A stretch of DNA of 64,000 bases from Geosiphon pyriformis uo1 (Eukaryota > Fungi > Glomeromycota), in assembly GCA_016748015.1 (NCBI GenBank), contig JAAOMT010000299.1, forward strand, positions 781,090 through 845,089. Reading direction: 5' to 3'. Numbering within the stretch: position 1 is the first letter of the stretch; every line of letters begins with the position of its first letter. Under the pieces are notes generated by a model that was not told where the DNA came from, made no database searches, and was given only the letters and a program-made list of their open reading frames with translations. A program made the position numbers and the translations under genes. Shown here piece by piece: positions 24,011 through 36,556 of this stretch.

Positions 24011-27000
24011 ATGTGTCAAGAGCTTTTTGTTGGGTTTCAGTCCATTTGTATTTGGTGTTCTTTGTTTGAAGTTGGTGTAGTGGTTGAATTATTTTGGAAA
24101 AATCTTTGATAAAGTGGCAGTAGTATCCAGCAAATCCTAAGAATGCTCTTAATTCCATGAGATTATTTGGTACTGGAAAGTTCTTAACAATCTCAATCTT
24201 ATCTAAATCCGTTTTGATACTGTTTTTGCTCACAACATATTCCAAAAACTTGAGTTCAGTTTTTTCAAAGAAACACTTGGTTGCATTTAATTTTAATCCA
24301 ACTTTTCTTAGTCTTTTAAATACCTGTTGAAGATGGTACAAATGATCATTAAATGTTTTGGAGAATATATTGGTATTATTCAAATATACGACTACTGATT
24401 TCCATAGTAGTCTAGTATAGACAATTTCCATAAGCCATTGAAATATGGCAAAAGCATTCATCAAGCCAAATGGCATAACTTCAAATTTGAAATTTCTTTC
24501 TCAAGTTGTAAAAGCTGTTTTTTCTTTATCTTCTGGTTTCATGGCTACTTGTCAGTAATTACTATCTAAGTCTAAAGTTGAGAACCATTTTTTTCCTCCA
24601 AAAGCATTGAATAATCTTTTCCTAGATATCTCAGATCAAACTTAACATCTAAATTATGTGCACATTTTGGCATAATACCTTTATTGTCATCACTAAACCA
24701 TCTGAGTTCCTGCTCTTTAAAGAGATCAGAAAGCATGATGTATTGTTCGGAGTTTGAATTTGAGTTTGAATTGTCATTGTTATCATTGTTGCCATTTTGA
24801 ACAGAGCTCAAACCATTGTTGTTATTATTGTTGGGGTTTGAATCAAAATTGAAAGTTAATTCCAATTCTAATGTGCAGCTGCTGATTGGTTTTTTTTCTT
24901 CTAGGATTGTGTAGATCATATGTGATAGTAAATTGTAAATAAGGTCACATTTATTACAATATTGGAAGTTATAGGAAATCAAACAATGGTTACATAGTTA
25001 TGTATTTATTTTTTTCAACCATTGCTCTTGTTCTTCTTGAATAAGTGCTAATTCTTAGTAGTGTTTATAGAAATGTTCTAAGTCCATAAGCTCTAAAATA
25101 ATATCTGAATTTGGGCTTCAGTCAAGTTTTATGGGTTTTGGTAGGTTATTTTTGATCATTTTTATTTCTTTTGGTAACACTTTTTTGATTTTAGCAAGTG
25201 TTATTTGCCAGATTTTGTCATCATCATGTGGACAACCATCTAAACATTTGACTGCTCATCTCCAGACAGCATCTATGGATGTTTTTTTTCTTATTCAGTC
25301 ACTTATAAAAATCATGTACTGACATAATTTGTCACATGTTTTCCTCATCCAAGAATGTCATTCCACATCTCCTCATCAAGCAATATAGTTCTATAGGCGA
25401 GACAAAGTTCATTATCCTATTTTCCTTGTCTTTTTGGTTATTCAAATCGTTCTAGAACACATGGACAGCAGTAAAATTTTATTGCCATTGCATATTCTTT
25501 ATCATCGTCACAGCATGTATCTATTGACAACAATTTCTTGTCACAATCGATGCATACCAGTTTTGGTCAGTAATAGTTAGATGATTGTGATAGAGTGTAA
25601 GTGTATAAACTATAAGTAGTGGTTGGTGTTGGTTTTTTTCTTTTTCTTTTTCTTTTTCCTTATTATTTTCTTCTTACTCCCAATTTGGTAGTAGTTTATT
25701 ATGGTTGCTGTTATTTCACAATGTTTAGTCAGTGTTTCAGGTAAGTTCTTCTTTTTGTTTTTCTTTTCTGCTGTTGTCTTATGTCAAAATTAGTGGTAAC
25801 TTGTTGTGGTCTTTGTCAGCTCAAAAAACTTGGTAAGCTTCCCAAGTAGGTTTTTCTTTTTTGTTATCGAACTTGATGAGTGGTGCTGGCATGTTGGTAT
25901 TAAATTTAAAATGACCACACATTGCTGGTACTCGTGTATGTTATCTGTTTTGACTGAGTTGCAACTTTTGAGTAGTCCAGTCAAGTGTTGTATTTGTTTT
26001 GGACAGCTAATCATTACTAATGAGTGTTTGGTATTGGGTGGCTTCCATAACTAATATCTTAATTGGTATGATGATGCTATTAACTTTGATGGGTAATTTA
26101 TCTATTTCACCAATTGGAGTCTTGGTGACTCCATTAGCTGTAATTATTCTTGTGCTGACAGCTTGATCAACTCAATGACCTAATTGGTCCATGAGTTGTC
26201 TTGTAATGATGCTGCCAATTAATTCACTATCTAAGATCAGTTTAATGACATGGCCATCAATTTTGACATTAGTGTACATTGCAGTAATGAGTTTTTTTTT
26301 CAAGTGTGGCTTCACTGAACAAAGAGATTTCTAATGGTTTTTTGATTTCGAAGAGAAATATAGCTGCAAATAACTTATTTTTCATGATAGTAACTGGTAG
26401 AATGTTGTTGGTAGGTGTTTGGTTGTGGTTGGTTTCCTGGTTATTGGATGAGGTGTTTTCTAAAGTAATCAGAAGACTTAAATAGTATTGGAAATTCGGG
26501 TTTTGAGTAGACCCAGTTTTCAAACTCTGCTATCATGATCTTGATGATTGGTTGAAAGAACTGAAGATTAGTTAATGAATAACTATTGCTGATCTCCAGT
26601 TTTGGATAACCCTTGATCTGGAATTCTCTGATGTTATCAGAGCTGAGTTTGGTAGTAGTGTTAAAATTGCTGGTGCTTGATAGATTATTTGTGGCTGTGG
26701 TGGTTGATAGATTGCAGGTGTTGCTGGTTAATATATTAAAGGTGTGTATAATTGCTGTATCATTGGTGCTTGATACATTGGCTGGGTTATTTGAGTGTAA
26801 TGTGGTTGATGTTGATAATGTTTTTGTAATTGATTACTAACATAATTCTGAGTTTGAAGTTGGTAATCAGAGTTTTAATATTGATTACCTGATTATTGGT
26901 CACTTATCTTTTTGCAACATTCAAATTGCAGATGTTTTTGTTTACCACAATAGTGGCAAACACATGTTTTCTGTTGTCATTGTTGATTGGTCGACAATAA

Positions 27001-28659
27001 TAAACACAGTTGATTTTGGAAATGATTGGAGTTTTCTTAATTATTGCATTATTGTGAAGGTTGATAAATTGCCTGATTGTTGTTAGCTAAGTATTTTTCT
27101 AATTTCTGATTAATTGACTTACTGAATTGTTTCAATTTGGAATCCAAGTTAGATAATCTGTTTATTACTAAATTTATGGCTTGGACATGATTAGTTTTGA
27201 GTTTAGCTGCTTCAAAATCTCTAGTGTTTGTAATTGCAGCCTAAAAGTCTGCTGGATATAATGAATGTATACATTGAAAAATGCTACTGTGCAGGCCTCT
27301 GATGAATTAATTTAGAATTTGTGGCACTGTGAAATAATTGGCTTGAATTGTCTGTATTTGGTGCAGATTTTTATAGAAGCATCCTAAGTAGGTAGTGACT
27401 GGTTCATTTTCTTTTTGTTTGATAGTGGTGAAAGTATTTGCCAGTCAGTTGATACTATTATTGTTACTAAAGTATTGTAGAAACACAAGCTTAAATGTAT
27501 TGAAGTTCTGGGGTTTGTTGATCAAGCTTTAATACCATAAGTTAGTAGTATCTTGAAAAAAATATGGAATGACTTGCATGGCTCTGGTGTTATTCCATCC
27601 ATTGGCTGTGATGGCTTTTTTGACATCATTTAACCACACCTGAATATTATTCTCTTTGCTGGTGAATTTTTTGATCTTGGCAATTGGTGCATATGTCATT
27701 TGTAATTGTTGTTGTAGTAGTTGTTGGGATAGTTGCTGCAATTGTTGTTGATGAGATAATTGTGGCTGTTGAATCTTTTCAATTGGTGACTGATTAATTA
27801 TATTTATTGGAGGTAAGTTTTGTTAATTAATTATGTCAAAATTTGGATCATTCTGATTTTGGGAAGTCTGAAAATTCAGAGTTTTAATTTCTAGATTTTC
27901 TAAAATTGGGTTTTGCTGAGTTTGAATGTTTGGGGTTTTGATTTTAGGATTTTTGATAATTGGGTTTTGGTAATTAAATTCTTAATTATCATCTTTTTTT
28001 TCCTCTAATTCTGTTATTTCCTAAGGACTCATGATTCTGAAATCTGGTGGAGATGGTGGTAATTGAAATTCTGATGGTATTAGTGATTGTGATTTAAATC
28101 TCTCGAAATATTTGCCATAGATTCTTAATAGATCAGTTTTTGATTGTTTATTTTAAAAGAGTATTTGTGCCAATGGAGTTTTTACATTTAATGTGAATGT
28201 GCCTGCTGATGAGATATTGATGGTGCTTTCGAATGTATAGTGGTATGATGAATTGGTTGGTGCTTCAAGTTTTGTTTTCTTCCAAGTAGGTAATTGTATT
28301 TTTTAAGGTGTCACTGCTGGTATTTGTAGTTTTCTTTTGCCTTTGTTTGTGTAGGTAATTGGATATTTTTGTTGAGTGTGGATTTCAATTTCTTTATTGA
28401 TTTCAGTAAGAATTGCTGTGAAATTATAATTTACTGGTAGGCTGGTATTTTGGATTAATTTGTTATAAAAATTTCTTTTGGCTGAATTGGTTTCTACTGG
28501 TACTTCTAGCAAATATGAAATTCTCTTATTGACATGAAAGCTGAAAGCTAATTCTGCTAATAGATGATTGTTGATTAATTCCAAGTGTTGGCAATAATGT
28601 TGAAACAAAGATTTAGTGAATCTTAGATGATTTGTCTCTATTCTTTCTGGTTCTGCCAC
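24011..28659 (-). pseudogene. Gag-protease-Cys-rich-truncated dUTPase-RT remnant of D
   Basis: ORF fragments MAEPERIETNHL (28659), MTYAPIAKIKKF, FDLRYLGKD fused directly to RT sequence, and MPFGLMNA...VYLNN...LRAFLGFAGYY. Confidence 0.9.
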
Positions 28660-28722
28660 TTTTAGATGATTGTGTGTTGGTGCTGGTTCTCTGTAGGATT
28701 ATACTTCACAAAGAACACCAAA

Positions 28723-29602
28723 TATTACAAGTGATTATTTGAAGTCTTAAATCAAATAACAAACCCATAACTTAGTACTCAATTGATTTAATAATGTTGG
28801 TTTCTGAAAATTGTTTATATCTGAAAGCTTAAAGGTCTGAAGGTTTTTGTTGAGTTCTTTATATAATAGACAAAGATTCAATAGTGTCTCAGTAGCCTCT
28901 CAGAATTGCAATTCTGTCAAATTTCTTTCTCAGCATAGTGGCCAGTAATCTGGTAGAGATGCCCTTTTGGTAAGCTATCCTTGAATTATCACTCTTTATA
29001 CTCTTCTATTGGGGTTTTTTACCAGGCTATTCTTGATGTCAATAACTTAATGCTTTATTCTTTAATTAGTTAGTTAACAACAAGAAATAACAAATAACAT
29101 AAAAAAAAAATAAAAGAAAAGAAAAAAATAAGCCAAGGCAATAAATGTTAGTATCTCATCAATAGCCATAATCAAGAACTATTGTTCCAGTGAGGTTTTA
29201 AGTATTAATTACTATCAATATGAAGAGTTAATAGTAAAGAGTGGATTTGAGATAGTGAATAATTATTTATTTGATATTTGTAATGTGGAAGATTGCTTAG
29301 ATAAAATCTAAACTGAGAGGTCTGTCTTTTTTTTTTCTAATGCTACTGCTATATATACATAATTGAAATTTCTCAATTCCTTGATTTTTCACACCAGGAA
29401 TCTTAAAATTTCTGGAATTCTGCAATTCCTCTTAAGAAAAATCTTGGAATTCTGGAATCCTGTAATTCCTCATACAAGAATTCTGAAATTCCTAGAATTC
29501 TGCAATTTCTTTAAAAAGAATTCTGGAATTCCACATTTATTATAACTACTTCTGATTGGTTAGTTTATATGTTAATATACTTTTTATATTCTATAAGTAA
29601 CA
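28723..29602 (-). repeat. 5' LTR of D
   Basis: Adjacent to the PBS; matches 11649-12528. Confidence 0.9.
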
Positions 29603-31210
29603 ACATGTGTCTCTTGTTATCACTGCTAATTTGATGAAGATTGACACAACTGATTTTGGGGTTGATTAAAACTTTTTTGATTATTATGCTGTTGTGAAAG
29701 TTAATAAATAATCTGGTTGTTAACTAAGTATTTTTTCAATTTGAAATCCAATTTATATAATCTGTTTATCACTAGATTTACAGCTTGGGCATAATTGGCT
29801 TCAAGTTCAACTAATTCAAAGTCTTTGGTATGTATAACAGCAGCTTAAAGATTGCCTAGATGTAATGGGCATATGTATTATAGAATGCTATTATGTAGAT
29901 TATGAATAAACTGGTTCAGAATCTGTGGTTCTATAAAGTAGACTGCATTAATCACTTGGATTTGGCGCAAAGTCTGGTGAAAATATTTTAAATAAGTGGT
30001 AACTGCTTTAGTATCTTCTTGTTTAATGGTGGTAAAAGTATTGGTTAGGCAGTTAATGCTGTTATTGTTACTAAAATATCTTAGAAACTTAAGTTTAAAT
30101 ATATTGAAATCTTGGAGTTTATTTGCCAAGCTTTGATACCATGAATTAGTAGTATCCTAAAAAAAGTATGGAATGGCTTGCAGTGCTCTGGCATCATTCC
30201 ATTTATTGGCTATAATGGTTTTTTCTACATTGTTTAGTTATACTTGTGTATTATCCTCTTTGCCAGTAAATTTTTCCAATTTGGCAATTGGTGTATAGAC
30301 TATTGGTACTATGATTGATTGTTGTAATAGATTTAGTTGTTGTTGAGGTTGTGGCTGCAGCTGGAGTTGTGCAACAATTGGTACAATTGAAGAGGGGAAT
30401 TAATGATGATTTCTGAAAATAAGTTTGGTTAATTAATAATAATAGGTTTCAGATTGTTCTGATTTTGCTGAATTGGAACAATTAGAATTTGAATTTCTGG
30501 GTTTTCTGAGATCAGGTTTTGATAATTAAATTTTTGATTGTCATCATCTTTTTTCTCTAATTCTATTAATTCCCAAAAGCTAACAGTTCCAAAATCAGGT
30601 TAATGTGGCAGTAATTAAAATTCTGATAACATAGGTAATTGTGATTTAAATCTTTCAAAATACTCCTCATATGTTCCTAATAGGTTAGCTTTTGATTATT
30701 TACTTTGGAATAAAATTTGAGTTACTAACATTTTTGTGTTGGATGTAGATGCACCTGCTGATAAAATATTAATGGTACTTTTAAGTATATGGAAATATAA
30801 AGAATAAATTGATAACTCAACTTTTGGTTTTTTCTAAGTGGGTAGTTGTATTCTTTGAGGAGTTACTGTTGGAGTTTGTAGTTTTTTTTACCCTTATTTG
30901 TATAGGTAATTGGATATCTTTGTTGGGTGTGGTTTTTAATTTTTCAATTAATTTCTATGATAATTAATGCAAAATTATAAATTACTAGTAAACTGGTGTT
31001 TTGAATTAATTTATTGTAGAAATTTTTTCTTACAAATTTGGTATCTACTAATTCTCCTAAATACAATGAAATTCTTTTGTTGACATAGAAATTAAAGGCT
31101 AATTTTGCTAATAAGTAATTGTTGGTTAGTTCCAAGCATTAACAGTAGTGTTAAAATAAAAATTTAGCAAATCCTAAATAGTTTGTCCCTATTCTTTCTG
31201 ATTTTGCCAC
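29603..31210 (-). pseudogene. Gag N-terminal part of B
   Basis: FKLKFLRYFSNNNSINCL..IKQEDTKAVTTYL and AFNFYVNKRI; continues the knuckle broken at 11648. Confidence 0.85.
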
Positions 31211-31272
31211 TTTTAGATAATTATTACTGGTGCTAGTTTTCTGTAGGATTATATTTCACAAAGAACACCAAA

Positions 31273-32081
31273 TATTACAGATGATTATTTGGGATCTCAA
31301 ATCAAATAACAAACTCATAACTTGGTGCTTAATAGCTGATATTGTTGGTATTATCTAAAGATTTTGGTATTTGAAAATTTTGGTTGAGTTCTTTATATAA
31401 TAGACAAAGATTCAAGTATTGTTTTCCCCATAGCTTCCTGAAATTACAATTCTATTAAATTTTTTTCTCAGCATAGTGGCCAGCAATTCTTCTGGTAAGC
31501 TATCCTCAATGATGAGTGTTCTATTCTTATTCCTGAGTTTTTTACCAGTGCTATATTCTGATGTTAGTACCTCCATGTATTAATCAATTTAGTAAACAAA
31601 ACAAACAGAAAAAAAATAAAGAAATAAGTCAAGGCAATAAAAAGTTAATATCACATCAATAGTTATAATTAAGAGCTATTAATTTAGTATGATTAAGTAT
31701 TAGATACTATTAACATGGGGTGTTGATAGTTGGGAGATAGATTTAGATGGTAAATACTTATTTTATTGATATTAATTTTTGGGATTAATTCTAATTAAGA
31801 TGTTTTTACTATCAGATCTGTCTTTTCTGCTTTTAATGTTCTTACTATATATACATAATTTGGGTTCTATAAGATCACTCATATTCTCAAGTGATGTGCT
31901 ATTATTTCTTGAGCAATGTATCATGATTTTCTGTCAATGTTTCACATTGCTAAGCAATATGCTATAATTTTTAACAATGTTTTACATTGCTAAGCAATGT
32001 GTTCACATGTTAACTACTAGTTTTCTATTGGTCTATCTGTTTTTTCTACTATTTTTTTGTATGCTTTTTGTATAAGTAACA
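31273..32081 (-). repeat. 5' LTR of B
   Basis: Adjacent to the PBS; matches 4349-5203. Confidence 0.9.
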
Positions 32082-32970
32082 TTAATAATTGGTGCAATTG
32101 GTAGTGAATCAATTATAATTACTGGAGATAAGTTTTAAGAAACAATAAGAACTGAGTTTAGATTATTCAGATTTTGCTGGACCTAAATAATCAGAATTTG
32201 GATTTCCAGATTTTTTAAGATCAGGTTTTGATATTTAAATTCTTGATTTTCATTTTTCTTTTCATCTAAGTTGGTTTTTTCCCAAGAACTGGTAGCTCCA
32301 AAATGGCAATAATTAAAATCTTGATGGTATTGGTAATCACAATTTGAATCCTTCAAAGTAATTACCATAAGTTCTCAATAAATTAATTTTTTCTTGTTGA
32401 CTTTAAAATGTTATTCTTGCTGATGGTGTTTTTGTTGATAATAATACACCTCTTAATAATATGTTGATAGTACTTTCAGACATGTGGTGATATAATGAGT
32501 GAATAAGTAAAACTATTTTTGGTTTCTTCCAAGTAAATGTTTATATGTTTTTTGGTATTTCTGCTGGTATTTGTAATTTTCTTTTGTTGTTGTCTGCAAA
32601 GGTAATAGAAAATTTTTGTTTAATGTGTTTCTCAATTTCTCTATTGATTTTTGTAATTATTGGCATGAACAAATAATTTTGTAGAAGTATAGTGCTCTGA
32701 AATAATTTACTATAAAAATTAGTAAGTACTGCTTCTGGATTTTTTTGGTTTCTTAAATAAAATTTAATCCTTTTGTTGACATAAAAATTGAAAGTTGATT
32801 CTGCTGGCCAATAATTACTTGTTAATCTTAGATGAGGTTAGTAGTGTTGAAATAAAGCTTTTACAAATTTCAAGTGATTTGTTTCTGTTACTTCTGTTTC
32901 TGCCACTGTTTTGGATAATTACTGTTAGTGCTAATTCTCTACTAAATTATATTTTACAAGAAGTACCAAA

Positions 32971-33935
32971 TGTTACAGGTAATTATTTGGAATATGGAAA
33001 CAAATAACAAACTCATATTTGGTACTTAATAACTGGTAGTGTTGATAGATCTGAAGGTTTTTATATCTAAAAATTTTGGTTAAGTTCTTTGTATAATAGA
33101 CAGAGATTCAATAATAATATTCTTTGGTAATGTTTTTAGTGGTTTTTTAACCCTTGAGTTGGTGTACTTTGTTGTTCATTACTTCCCAAAATATCTATAT
33201 TCTGTCAATTTTTTTCTTAGCTTGGTAACTAATATCTTTTGATAAGCTATTTTCAATTATGAGTGTCTATTCTTATTCCTGGATTTTTTACTAATGCTAT
33301 ATCCTAATGTTAGTACCCTACATGTTAATCTTTTTAATTAATTAGTAAAACAACAAAAATAAAATAAATAAAATAAAATAAAAAAAAATAAATAAAAAAA
33401 ATAAAAAAAAATAAAAATTAGTTTTTCATCAATAGTCATGATTAAGAGCTATTGTTCTTGCATAATTAAGTATTGGATGTTATTAACATTAAGTGTTAAT
33501 AAATAAAAGAGTAATTAGATTCTCAAAAAAATGATAGCAACATAGATTAGATAATAATAAGTATATTTATTTTGATATTTTACTGATAAATTCACTTTGG
33601 TGAATATTAACTATCTGTAAAGTGAAAGTTAATTAATAGATAAGAAAGAGAATACTAAACTAAAACTAGATTCTGTTTTTTCTCACTTTTAATGTTACTC
33701 CTATATATACATAGTTGGTATTATATAAGATTTTCGGAATTTTTGTGATTTCTTTAGAAAAATTCTGGAATTTTAAGATTTTGGAATTCTGCAATTCTTT
33801 GCAAAGAATTCTGAGATTCTGAGATTCTGGAATCTTGCAATTTTTTTAGAGAAATTTTGGAATTCCTTTGTTATTATATCTACTTCTAATTGGCTATTTT
33901 TCTAACTATTATATTTCTAATTTCTATAAGTAACA
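32971..33935 (-). repeat. 5' LTR of A
   Basis: TGTTACA...GTAACA, adjacent to the PBS; its right flank is integrase sequence of F. Confidence 0.88.
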
Positions 33936-35613
33936 ATAGGCAAGATTAAATAATATGTGTTTTGTAATATTTTGTTTTAGTGTTTTATAAACTAGTAACA
34001 TTAATAAAATAAAAATATTCTATTTCTGTTCAAAATTGGTTGAAACTTTGGTTAGTGATTTGCACAATATTTGATTAAAATATTTTATTAATCCATTTGT
34101 TTAAAAGTAATAAGATAATAATAAAGGTCTTTTGATCTTATATTGTTTACAAATTTCTTGTATCAAGTTGTTCACAAAGTGTGTTTCTTAATCAGATAGA
34201 AGTTCAATTGGATATTTATGTCTATAAATAATATTTTTGTAAATGAAATTTGCTATTGATTTTGCATTTGCTTTTTGAATGACTTTGGTTTTAGACTATT
34301 TAGTAAAATAATCTATTGCAACTATTATATATTAGTTTTCTTGAGTGGTAATAGGTAGTGGTCTGACTAAATTGATACCAACTTTGTCAAAAGATTGTCC
34401 AACTTTAATTAGATTTAGAGGTTTAATAAAACAAGTTCTTTCTTTTTTTTGACAACTATTACATAATTTTACATATTATCAAATGTTTTGGTACATATAT
34501 GGCCAAAAATAATGTTCAAGTATTTTTTGAATTGTATCATTTCTTCTTAAGTGTGTTAATAAAAAGTTTGTGTATATGGTGTATAAAATGGTTTTTTTTT
34601 GTTGGACTAATCTAAGTAAATTTGTTGAGTTTTTGCAATTTGAATAATAAATTTTATTGTAATGAATAAAATATTGCTTTGCTTGGTTTTGTAATCAGAG
34701 TTTTTTAACTGAAAACCAATTTTCTAGTATGCTAAGAATTTTTAAATAGTTTTTGATATTGTTTTATTACTAATTTATTTGTTGAATTTGTTGAGTTGTT
34801 GGTATAAGTTCTAATTTTGTCTCATTTTAGAAAGACTATTAATGTTTGTGTGTAATTTTTTTGGTTTGTGGTACATAATAAATTTGTAATTGGCTAGAAA
34901 ATCAGTTTATCAGAATTGTTTTGCACTAAGTTTAGAGCTTTTTTTGTTGAGCCATTTGAGACTAATATTATTAATAATAATATCAAATTGGAATTTATTT
35001 CTGAGATATTGTTAAAAGTGTTTGAGAGTTCAGATAATGACTGCTGCTTCTAATTTAGTTGAGCTATATTTAAGTTTTGTTGGCTTGAGTGTTCTACTGA
35101 TATATACAATTACTTACTTATTGCTATTGTTATCTAATTGTAATAAGATAGTACCAAAAGCTGTGTGTAAAACATTAGTAACTAACTGAAACCTTTTACT
35201 GAAATTTAGATAGGCAAGAATTGAAGCTGTAATAAGTTTTTTCTTAAGAGTATTAAATACTTTTTGCTGTTTATTAGTCTATTGATATAGCATGTTTTTG
35301 TTGATTAAATAATTAAGAGGTTTTGCAATTTTAAAAAATTCTTTGATGAATTTTCAATAATAAGAGGCTAATTCAATAAATTTTTTTAATTCTGTAGTAT
35401 TTTAAGAAGTTTGAAAATTTTTAACAGCATTAATTATTTCTGGATTTGATTAAACTCTATTTTTGCTAATGATATGTTCCAGAAAAATTAGGCTTGTTTT
35501 TTTGAAGTAATATTTCTTGATGTTCAGCTTCAATTCTGTTTTCTATAATTGTTAAAATACTTCTCACAAGTAGATCAAATAAGCTTCAAAAATTGAAGAA
35601 TAAATATTAGTAT

Positions 35614-36556
35614 TGTTACAGGTAATTATTTGAGATATGAAAACAAATAACAAACCCATAACTTGGTACTTAATAACTTTTATGATTGGTAATATTTGAA
35701 AGTTTTTCTTGTAATTTTAAGGTTTTGGTTGAGTTCTTTGTATAATAGACAGAGATTCAATAGTTGTTTCAGTAGTTTTCTAAAATAATTATTTCATCAA
35801 ATTTTTTTTTTTAATGTGATAACCAGTTTATTCTGGCAGTTGTGCTTTTCTAATAAGCTATACTCAATTTTTGAGTTTCCTACCCTTATTTCTGGGTTTT
35901 TTATCAGGCTATTTTTAACATCAAATTACTCAATGCTTAATTTTTTTTATCAGTTAGTAAATCAAACAACAAAAAAAAATAAAGAAAATAAAAAATTAGT
36001 AGTTCATCAATAGCTGTAATCAAGAATTATTATTTCAGTATGATTAAATATTAGATTCTCTCAATATAAAGTGTTAACAGAATAAAGATAATAAATATTT
36101 CTTAATCAAACAACAATAACATAGATTCAAGTAATAATTGATATTTTATTGATAGGTAATAGGATTCCATTTCAAGTTGTAGAAAACTACCTTTTAAAGA
36201 GAGAGATAAAATATAATTAATGAATTGTGGATATTGATTCTGAACTGGATTCTGGAATGAATTCTGTCTTTTTTGCTTTTAATACTCTTACTATATATAT
36301 ATATTTCTTGTTTTATAAGATCTTATATTTTTCTTAAGCAATATGTTCTAATTTACTAATATTGCTCACATTGCTGAATAGTGTGTCCTAATTTATTGAT
36401 ATTGCTTATATTGCTAAACAGTATGTCTTAATTTACTAACAATGTATCATAGTTTTTTGATATTGTGTTCATGTATTAAGTACTATTTTTCTATTGGTCT
36501 ATTTTCTTATCTATTTTTTTTCAGCTTTTTCTTTTTGTATCTTTTTATAAGTAATA
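35614..36556 (-). repeat. 3' LTR of E
   Basis: TGTTACA start; matches 46287-47127 but has ~100 bp more U3 repeat. Confidence 0.88.

Larger units (their letters stand above)
11649..29602 (-). mobile_element. Element D: internally deleted Gypsy element nested in the Gag zinc knuckle of B and interrupted by C
   Basis: LTR pair 11649-12528 and 28723-29602, PPT ~12531-12544, PBS 28704-28720, TSD ATGT/ACAT (inferred ancestral ACGT). Deletion junctions near 12785 and 24613. Confidence 0.9.
4349..32081 (-). mobile_element. Element B: full-length decayed dUTPase-Gypsy element nested in gag of A and interrupted by D
   Basis: LTR pair 4349-5203 and 31273-32081, PPT ~5206-5220, PBS 31254-31270, degenerate TSD TTGG/TTAA. 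Confidence 0.9.
1..33935 (-). mobile_element. Element A: decayed dUTPase-bearing Ty3/Gypsy LTR retrotransposon; 3' part lies left of the window; interrupted by a solo LTR (1446-2420) and by element B (4349-32081)
   Basis: 5' LTR 32971-33935 (TGTTAC...GTAACA), PBS 32952-32968. Gag remnants at 32082-32906 continue at 3200-4348 across B. Protease remnant ~2540-2920, Cys-rich region ~660-1300, dUTPase ~30-425, all colinear with element C. Confidence 0.88.
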
